A program made the position numbers and the translations under genes. 64,000 nt of DNA from an uncultured Parachlamydiaceae bacterium (lineage in GTDB: Bacteria > Chlamydiota > Chlamydiia > Chlamydiales > Parachlamydiaceae). The notes under the pieces were generated by a model, which was not told where the DNA came from, did not search any database, and was given only the letters and a program-made list of their open reading frames with translations. This document shows, piece by piece, positions 9,069 to 16,940 of the stretch; the stretch's first letter is position 1; each line of letters starts with the position of its first letter. The DNA is taken from assembly GCA_963752155.1 (NCBI GenBank), contig CAVVXH010000015.1, positions 1 to 64,000 of the forward strand, written 5' to 3'.

Positions 9069-11838
9069 TATGCCTATACAGCAAGATTGCTGTTCTAGAA
9101 AAATTAAAAAATCGTTGGAGCCTTTATCCAATAGTGGAGAAGGGGTGAAAATTATCCAAGAAATCTTGATGAGGGATCTTCTTTGCCTGCACGATGTTGA
9201 TCTGCTCGATAAGACCTATCAACAAATATGCCTACTTGAAAGACAAGTAGAGCACATACCAAGCTGTAACCCTCAACATGTTCTTGATAGTATCAAAGAA
9301 AGGATAGTTTCTTGTGCAGAGTATTTCGGTGAAGATTCAATTAAAGACGCAAAAAGCTTGATTTCGTTGTATTATTTGAAGAATTTTTCCTACAAAAATT
9401 TATCTATCGAGAATGACTTTTACGCATTAATTCGTAGATCGGAATGTAATGCGCGAATAATGACAAATATTGCTCGCTTCCTTCCTACATGTGGCTCAGA
9501 AGCAAATCTTGATGAAGATATTAAATTTCTAATGAGCTCTTATTCAAGTGATCAAGTAACAAAAATTTTGAATCAAAAGAAAGAGACAATACGAATCATT
9601 GAAGCAAAAAAACTAGAACTAGAGAATTGGAGAAAAAGTAACCCAAAAGATTTTCCCGTCTATTTTGATGAATTACTAGAAGGAGCATGCTTTCATCTCT
9701 ATGATCACATCATTGAGATGCGAAAATGGAGCACCCGTAATGATCGGCAAGCTGCAATCGAGAAAAAGTCTTTTTCTCTACTCTCCCATATTGTAATTGA
9801 GACCAAACAAGCGATCATTGAGAAGATAGAAAGCTCTATTCCTAATAATTGTCCTAACATTTTATTTTTATTAGGTGGCTCTGGAGCAGGTAAATCCACT
9901 ACTTTCTGTTTTCTTCGCGGAGATGAAATGATTTTGAAAGATTTCCACTATGAATCGAGAAAAGATAAAAATTCTCTTATCGGCCATGAGCAAGCAACCT
10001 CTTGTAAATTTCTGCCTACGGTTGAATTAATCAATGATTGGTTGATTGTAGATTTTCCTGGTTTTGATGATAGTAATGGCCCCTTTATCTCTTTGGGAAT
10101 GGAATGTGCTCTGAAAGCACTTATCTCAAGACATAAACCTAAAGTTTTGATCATTGAATCGATCACCAATATAGAGGGTAGATTTGCAGCGGCAGCCCAA
10201 CTGGGATCTCGTTTGAAACGTTTGCTGGACAAGAAAGAGGAGTGTGTATTAGGCATTACAAAATATTCTAGGGACCCAGATGTTGGGAAAATTAGAGCAA
10301 TAGAGGAGCAACAAAAAAGAGAGCGATCGCTTCCAACACCAGAAGAAAATCAACTCACAACAGAAATTAACTTGCTTTCTTCTCTAAATCAAGAAAGTTT
10401 TCAACCAATGATAAGACAAAAACAACAGCGACTTCAGGAGATACAAGAAGAAAAAGCGCGGCAGCACCAAGTTCCATTGCTGGAAAATGATGAGAAGGTC
10501 GAGAGTAGGAAAAATCTCCAGGACAGAGAAAATGAACTATTAAAACAGATTGGATTAACAAAAATTATCCGATTTGATGATTTACAAAACTCTGCGTGTT
10601 TACCTTCCTATTTTGCAGATCTCTCTCAAGGAAAAGCTCTTAACGCGAATCCTGAACATCCTTTGGATCCAGATCATGAAAAATTAATAGATCATTTATT
10701 TGAAAATAATCTGTTGGATGAATTGAAAAGGGTGAAGTATGGTGATTTTAAATTCGAGAATTTTGAACAGAGCGTGAAAGAGTCCAGCTTAATCAGCACA
10801 CTTTTTTCTCAATCCCATCCAGAAATTGGAACGTTTCTCCATTTGCCAGAAATCGATCGCCGCATTGTACGAAATTATGACAAAAAAATTGTAGGAGAAT
10901 GTCTCGAAAAATACAAGAGATCGGTGATTCTCAATCTCGATATCTCTCTTATCAAAGTCGCACTAAAGGAAATGAAAGAAATAGCAGATCCGATGGAAAT
11001 TTCAAAGCTTCACAGCCAATTTACTAAATTGGAAAGATATGTAATGGGCTTATTAGGAGTTGAACTGAATGGAAATGAAAACACTGAGGAGATTGAAGTA
11101 AAATGGATTGAGAAACGAAAAGATATCGCAGCTGCGGTTTCAGCTGTAGAAAAAGAGTATACTTTACCTAATTGGGCCAATGTTTTGATCTCAATTCCAC
11201 TTGGAATACCTAAAGCGATTCATACATTAGTTAAGTGGTACGCACAAAAACAAGTGGAGAAAAAAACTATCGAAAAAATTATCAAAGATTGTTCAGAAGA
11301 ATTGAATCAAATGTATGAGATGTTAATAAAATTACAAGAATTAGAATTGCTAGTTAAAAAACGAGAAGATCTGGACCAAGCTTTCGAATCTGTGAAAATT
11401 TCTTTGGACTCAATAGAAACATTTATAGGAACTATAGAAGAAAAGATCAACAAGGTCAGGTTGATCTATGGAGGAGATGATTGGGATAGACGTATTGAAT
11501 TTTTGGCAGATAATTTAACTAATAAATTTAAACATTTCAATTATTTTTTAAAGCTAAACAAAGCAGAGGCATTAATTTTAGCTTTTAATATACTAGTAAC
11601 TCCATACGTAAATATGAATTATGCAAAGAAATATATTATTTTAAATTCTTCTAGCGAGTTAAGTTCATTCATTCAAGATGTTCCGAGTAAGACTTTTGGC
11701 TTGCTTAATCCGGATATCATTGATCTTAATTTTAGCTTGTTTAATCCAGAATTCAAAATTCATGATGGAAAAGTAAATCAAGCTCTCATGGCAGCCACTT
11801 TCCTCCTTAAGTATAAAATTGGATCAACCAGAAGATAA
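9046..11838 (+). CDS. Large P-loop GTPase, array copy 5
   Basis: Same motifs; ATG at 9046 after AAGGA; central part apparently identical to copy 4. Confidence 0.85.
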   Translation: MEPITQYNMPIQQDCCSRKIKKSLEPLSNSGEGVKIIQEILMRDLLCLHDVDLLDKTYQQICLLERQVEHIPSCNPQHVLDSIKERIVSCAEYFGEDSIKDAKSLISLYYLKNFSYKNLSIENDFYALIRRSECNARIMTNIARFLPTCGSEANLDEDIKFLMSSYSSDQVTKILNQKKETIRIIEAKKLELENWRKSNPKDFPVYFDELLEGACFHLYDHIIEMRKWSTRNDRQAAIEKKSFSLLSHIVIETKQAIIEKIESSIPNNCPNILFLLGGSGAGKSTTFCFLRGDEMILKDFHYESRKDKNSLIGHEQATSCKFLPTVELINDWLIVDFPGFDDSNGPFISLGMECALKALISRHKPKVLIIESITNIEGRFAAAAQLGSRLKRLLDKKEECVLGITKYSRDPDVGKIRAIEEQQKRERSLPTPEENQLTTEINLLSSLNQESFQPMIRQKQQRLQEIQEEKARQHQVPLLENDEKVESRKNLQDRENELLKQIGLTKIIRFDDLQNSACLPSYFADLSQGKALNANPEHPLDPDHEKLIDHLFENNLLDELKRVKYGDFKFENFEQSVKESSLISTLFSQSHPEIGTFLHLPEIDRRIVRNYDKKIVGECLEKYKRSVILNLDISLIKVALKEMKEIADPMEISKLHSQFTKLERYVMGLLGVELNGNENTEEIEVKWIEKRKDIAAAVSAVEKEYTLPNWANVLISIPLGIPKAIHTLVKWYAQKQVEKKTIEKIIKDCSEELNQMYEMLIKLQELELLVKKREDLDQAFESVKISLDSIETFIGTIEEKINKVRLIYGGDDWDRRIEFLADNLTNKFKHFNYFLKLNKAEALILAFNILVTPYVNMNYAKKYIILNSSSELSSFIQDVPSKTFGLLNPDIIDLNFSLFNPEFKIHDGKVNQALMAATFLLKYKIGSTRR

Positions 11839-11847
11839 AGGAACTTT

Positions 11848-13068
11848 ATGGAACCAATTACTCAATATAGTATGCCGATACAGCAAGATTGCTGTTCAAG
11901 AAAAAGAAGAAGATCGTGGATGCCTTTTTCCAATATTGAAGAAGGGGTGAAAATCATCCAAAAAATCTTGATGAGAGACCTTCTTTGCCTGCACGATGTT
12001 GATCAGCTCGATAAGACTTATCAACAAATATGCCTGCTTGAAAGACAAGTAGAGCACATCCCAACATGTAATACTCAACATGTTCTTGATAGTATCAAAG
12101 AACGGGTGATTTCTTATTTGAAGGATTTCGGTAAAGATCCAGTTAAAGACGCGAAAAGCTTGATCTCGTTGTATTATTTGAAGAATTTTTCCTACAAAAA
12201 TTTACCTATCGAGAACGAATTTAACAAAGTATTTGGTAAATCGAAAAGTGATTCGGAAATAATGACATATACTGCTCTTTACCTTCCTACATGTGGTTCA
12301 AAAGCAAGGCTTGATGAAGATATTAAATTTCTAATTAATTCTTATTCAAGTGACGAGGTGACAAAAATTTTGAATCAAAAGAAAGAGACAATACAAATCA
12401 TTCAAGCTGAAAAACTAGAACTAGAGCATTGGAGAAAAAATAACCCAATAGATTTTCCCGAATATTTTGATGAATTACTGGAGGGTACATACTTTCATCT
12501 CTATGATCACATCATTGAGATGCGAAAATGGAGTACCCCTCATGATCGGCAAGCTGCAATCGAGAAAAAGTCCTTTTCTCTACTCTCTCATGTTGTAATT
12601 GAGACCAAACAAGCGATCATTAGGAAGATAGAAAACTCTATTCCTAATAATTGTCCTCACATTTTATTTCTATTAGGTGGCTCTGGAGCAGGTAAATCCA
12701 CTACTTTCTGTTTTCTTCGCGGAGATGAAATGGTTTTGAAAGGTTTCGACTATGAATCGAAAAGAGATAAAAATTCTCTTATCGGCCATGAACAAGCAAC
12801 CTCTTGTACATTTCTGCCTACGGTTGAATTAATCAATGATTGGTTGATTGTAGATTTTCCTGGTTTTGATGATAGTAATGGCTTCTTTATCTCTTTGGGA
12901 ATGGAATGTGCTCTAAAAGCACTGATCAGAAAACATCAACCTAAAGTTTTGATCATTGAATCGATCACAAATACAGAAGGTAGATTTGCAGCGGCAGCCC
13001 AACTGGGATCTCGTTTGAAACGTTTGCTGGACAAGAAAGAGGAGTGTGTATTAGGCATTACAAAATAA
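11848..13068 (+). pseudogene. Truncated GTPase paralog, copy 6 (406 aa, ends at the G4-like ITK)
   Basis: Homology to the other copies stops abruptly at ITK-stop. The downstream DNA is unrelated to the GTPase gene, so this is a deletion/rearrangement rather than a point nonsense change. Confidence 0.8.
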
Positions 13069-13105
13069 TCCTTATGATGCACAACCAGACATGAGCGATG
13101 ACAGT
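13066..13105 (+). pseudogene. Relic of the 3' part of the Gly/Tyr-rich secreted protein gene
   Basis: taatccttatgatgcacaaccagacatgagcgatgacagt (NPYDAQPDMSDDS) matches 20212-20260 (NPYPDAQSQPGMSDDS). Confidence 0.7.
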
Positions 13106-13131
13106 CAAATGCAAGATCAGACTCTGAACAT

Positions 13132-13214
13132 CAGCAATTCCCATGCCTGAAAAATTAGCGTAATTTAGGAAAATTATCACCTCTCTTGTAAAAATCCTTT
13201 AACGGGAATTGCTG
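13132..13214. repeat. 83-bp element bounded by 11-bp inverted repeats (MITE/REP-like)
   Basis: cagcaattccc (13132-13142) ... gggaattgctg (13204-13214). Confidence 0.5.
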
Positions 13215-13331
13215 GAAAACACCGAAAAATAAATTGCAAGAAAAAATAAAAAGTTATATGTATTCAGAGATTAAATAAATATTCATTCATATGAAATTCT
13301 TCCATTACAAAAGAACAAAGAAGGAAATTCC

Positions 13332-16130
13332 ATGGAACCAATTAGTATACCAACGCAGCAAGATGGCTGCTCTAGAAATAAAAAATTATTGGAGCCTTTA
13401 TCCAGTATTGAAGAAGGGGTAAAAATCATCCAAAGAATCTTGATGAGAGACCTTCTTTGCCGACACGATGTTGATCAGCTCGATAAAATCTATCAACAAA
13501 TATGCCTGCTTGAAAGGCAAGTAGAGCACATCTCTAAATCTAATACTCAACATGTTCTTAATAGTATCAAAGAAAGGGTGATTTCTTGTGTGAAGGATTT
13601 TGATAAAGATCCAGTTAAAGACGCGAAAAGCTTGATTTCGTTGTATCATTTGAAGAATCTTTCCTACGAAAATTTATCTATTGAGAATGATCTTGACACT
13701 TTATTTAATCAATTGAAAAATAATTCGCACATCATGACAAACATTGCTCTTCACCTTCCTACATGTGGTTCAGAAGCACAGTTTGATGAAGATATTCAAT
13801 TTCTAATTAATTTTTGTTCAAGTAATCAGGTAACAAAAATTTTGATTCAAAAGAAAAAAGCAATACAAATTATTAAAACTAAAAAACTAGAACTAGAGAA
13901 TTGGAGAAAAAGTAACCCAATAGATTTTCCCGATTATTTTGATGAATTACTAGAGGGTGAATACTTTCATCTCTATGATCACATCATTGAGATGCGAAAA
14001 TGGAGTACTCGTAATGATCGACAAGCTGCAATCGAGAAAAAGTCCTTTTCTCTACTCTCTCATGTTGTTATCGAGACTAGGGAAGCAATCTTTAGAAAGA
14101 TAGAAAACTCTATTCCTAATAACTGTCCTCAGATTTTATTTCTATTAGGAGGCTCCGGAGCAGGTAAATCGACTACTTTTTGTTTTCTTCGCGGAGATGA
14201 AATGGTTTTGCAAGGTTCCAACTATGCATCGAAAAGAGATAAAAATTCCCTTATCGGGCATGGGCAAGCAACCTCTTGTACATTTCTCCCCACGGTTGAA
14301 CTCGTCAAAGATTGGTTGATTGTAGATTTTCCTGGTTTTGATGATAGTCATGGCCCCCTTATCTCTTTGGGAATGGAGTGTGCTCTAAAAGCACTTATCA
14401 GAAAACATCAACCTAGAGTTTTGATCATTGAGTCGATCACAAATACAGAAGGTAGATTTGCAGCGGCAGCCCAACTAGGATCTCGTTTAAAACGTTTGCT
14501 GGCCAAGAAAGAGATGTGTGTATTAGGGATTACAAAATATTCTAAGGATCCCGATTTTGGAAAAATTAGGGCAATTGAAGAGCAACAAAAAAGGGAGCGA
14601 TCGCTTCCAACACCTGAAGAAAATCAACTCGCAACAGAAATTAACTTGCTTTCTTCTCTGAATCAAAAAAGTTTACAACCGATGATACAACAAAAACAAC
14701 AACAACTTGAGAAGATACAAAATGAAAAACCGCGACAGCAGCAACTTCCATTACCTGAAAATGATGAAAAAATCAAAAGTAAGAAAAATCTCCGGGAAAG
14801 AGAAAATGAACTACTCAAGCAAATTGGATTAACAAAAATTATCCGATTTGACGATTTGCAAAACTCTGCATGTTTATCTTCCTATTTTGCAAATCTCTCT
14901 CAAAGAGAAGCTCTTAACGCCAATCCCGAAGATCTTTTAGATCCAGACGATGAAAAATTAATAGATCATCTATTTGTAAATGATCTGTTGGATAAAATGA
15001 AAAAGGTGAAATATGGTGATTTTGAATTCGAGAATTTTGACCAGAGCGTGAAAGAGTCCAGCTTCATCAGCACACTATTTTCTCAATCTTATCCAGAAAT
15101 TGGAACGTTTCTCCATTTGCCAGGAATCGATCTCCGCATTGTACGAAACTATGACAAAATAATTGTAGGAGAATGTCTCGAAAAATACAAAAAATCGGTG
15201 ATTCTTAAACTCGATATCTCTCTTATCAAAGTCGCACTAAAAGAAATGAAAGAAATAGCACATCCAATCGCCATTTTAGATCTTCAAAACAAATTTACTA
15301 AATTAGAAAAATATGTGATGGGCTTATTAGGAGTTGAACTAAGTGGAAATGAAAATACAGAAGAGATTGAAGCAAAATGGATTGAGAAACGAAAAGAGAT
15401 CGGAGCTGCTGTTTCAGCTGTAGAAAAAGAGTATATTTTACCCGATTGGGCTAATGTTTTGATCACAATTCCACTTGGAATACCTAAAGCGATTCATACA
15501 TTAGTTAAATGGTACGCACAAAAACAAGTGGAGAAAAAAACTATCGAGAAAATTATCAACGATTGTTCAGAAGAATTGAAACAAATGTATGACATATTAA
15601 TGAAATTACAAGAATTAGAATTGCTGATTAAACAGCGAGAAAATTTCGACCAAGCATTCGAATCTATGCAAATTTCCTTGGTATCACAAGTAGCATTCTT
15701 AAAAAGCATAGAAGAGAGGATCAATAAGATCAGGTTAATCTATGGAGGAGATGATTGGGATAGACGAATTGAATTTTTAGATGATAATTTAACTAAGACT
15801 GAAGAATGGATTAAAAAGCTAAACGAAGTACAGATGTTAACTTTAATTTTTAATATACTAGAATTTCCATCTGAAGAAATGGGTCAGGTAAGGAGACGGC
15901 TCCTTTCAAATTCTTCTAGAAGTTTGAGGTCATTCTTTCAGCTTTCAGATCTGGGTGAATCTCTTGCCCTTTTTAATCTAACATTCTCATATCCTGAAGC
16001 AGAAAAATTAAAAATAAAATTTAAAGTTCATCAGGGAAAAGTAAATCAAGCTCTCCTGGCAGCCATTTTGTTTCATAAGTATAAAATTGGATTACCCAGA
16101 GCACTAAGGGAACTTTATGGAATCAAATAG
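13332..16130 (+). CDS. Large P-loop GTPase, array copy 7, 932 aa
   Basis: Same motifs; has its own AT-rich upstream region and AAGGA RBS; C-terminus reads through into the next start. Confidence 0.85.
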   Translation: MEPISIPTQQDGCSRNKKLLEPLSSIEEGVKIIQRILMRDLLCRHDVDQLDKIYQQICLLERQVEHISKSNTQHVLNSIKERVISCVKDFDKDPVKDAKSLISLYHLKNLSYENLSIENDLDTLFNQLKNNSHIMTNIALHLPTCGSEAQFDEDIQFLINFCSSNQVTKILIQKKKAIQIIKTKKLELENWRKSNPIDFPDYFDELLEGEYFHLYDHIIEMRKWSTRNDRQAAIEKKSFSLLSHVVIETREAIFRKIENSIPNNCPQILFLLGGSGAGKSTTFCFLRGDEMVLQGSNYASKRDKNSLIGHGQATSCTFLPTVELVKDWLIVDFPGFDDSHGPLISLGMECALKALIRKHQPRVLIIESITNTEGRFAAAAQLGSRLKRLLAKKEMCVLGITKYSKDPDFGKIRAIEEQQKRERSLPTPEENQLATEINLLSSLNQKSLQPMIQQKQQQLEKIQNEKPRQQQLPLPENDEKIKSKKNLRERENELLKQIGLTKIIRFDDLQNSACLSSYFANLSQREALNANPEDLLDPDDEKLIDHLFVNDLLDKMKKVKYGDFEFENFDQSVKESSFISTLFSQSYPEIGTFLHLPGIDLRIVRNYDKIIVGECLEKYKKSVILKLDISLIKVALKEMKEIAHPIAILDLQNKFTKLEKYVMGLLGVELSGNENTEEIEAKWIEKRKEIGAAVSAVEKEYILPDWANVLITIPLGIPKAIHTLVKWYAQKQVEKKTIEKIINDCSEELKQMYDILMKLQELELLIKQRENFDQAFESMQISLVSQVAFLKSIEERINKIRLIYGGDDWDRRIEFLDDNLTKTEEWIKKLNEVQMLTLIFNILEFPSEEMGQVRRRLLSNSSRSLRSFFQLSDLGESLALFNLTFSYPEAEKLKIKFKVHQGKVNQALLAAILFHKYKIGLPRALRELYGIK

Positions 16131-16566
16131 AATGCCGATACAGCAGGTCATAGAAATCTTTATAAGAACTATAAAAGAAAAGATCAATAAGGTAAAGTTG
16201 ATCTATGGAGCAGGTGATTGGGATAGACGTATTGAATTTTTGGCTGGTAATTTAACTGAAGAACAGACTAAAAAGCTAAACGAAGCAGAGGTATTAACTA
16301 TAGCTTTTAATATATTGGCATTTCCATTTAGTGGAATGAATGATACAAGGAAATGGCTGGTTTTAAATTCTTCTAGAGAGCTAATTTCATTCATTCTGAA
16401 TGCTCCGCATAGGACTGTTACCATTTTTAATCCATTTCGATTCACATATGATGTAGAAGAATTAAAAGAAAAATTCAAAGTTCATTATGGAAAAGTAAAT
16501 CAAGCTCTCATGGTAGCCACTTTGCTATTTAAGTATAAAACGGGCTCCCAATCGGAATACCTTTAG
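16117..16566 (+). CDS. Stand-alone C-terminal variable domain of the GTPase family (internally deleted paralog, 149 aa)
   Basis: Family-type start (aaggaactttATG, MESNRMPIQQ) fused in frame to IEIFIRTIKEKINKV...GKVNQALMVATLLFKYK. Confidence 0.75.
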   Translation: MESNRMPIQQVIEIFIRTIKEKINKVKLIYGAGDWDRRIEFLAGNLTEEQTKKLNEAEVLTIAFNILAFPFSGMNDTRKWLVLNSSRELISFILNAPHRTVTIFNPFRFTYDVEELKEKFKVHYGKVNQALMVATLLFKYKTGSQSEYL

Positions 16567-16680
16567 GTATCTATATGTTAAGAACATGGAAAGCACAAGG
16601 AAAAGTAGAAGAAGAAGCTATCGACAGAGTTAGAAGAAATACATTTCATTAATCAAAATAGAATTAGAACAATTGGTTAG

Positions 16681-16747
16681 AAATGAATATATTATAATTA
16701 CGGTGATCGTTATGGAGGATATGGTGGGTATGGAGGGTATGCTGGAT
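16681..16747 (+). pseudogene. Relic of the middle part of the Gly/Tyr-rich secreted protein gene
   Basis: Translates YYNYGDRYGGYGGYGGYAG versus YYNYGDHYGGYGGYGQYGG...YAG in 19979-20308; no start or signal peptide. Confidence 0.7.
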
Positions 16748-16940
16748 GCAGAAATTTTAACTTTGCTTTAACAGCTCATAGAATTTCGCTCGTAGAATTT
16801 TGCTTGCAAATAATTTACATTTGTTATAAGTTTCACCTAGGTGTTCGTGAGATTGACCGATCAAAATTTAACGGAATTTTGCCGTCATAGAATTTAAAGT
16901 TAAAGTAAGTAATACTTTTAACAAAATAATAGGTCTAATT

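Noticed and set aside
1..16566. Diversity-generating retroelement as the source of C-terminal variability
   Set aside because: No reverse transcriptase or template repeat is present in the window, and the variation includes indels and does not appear adenine-restricted.
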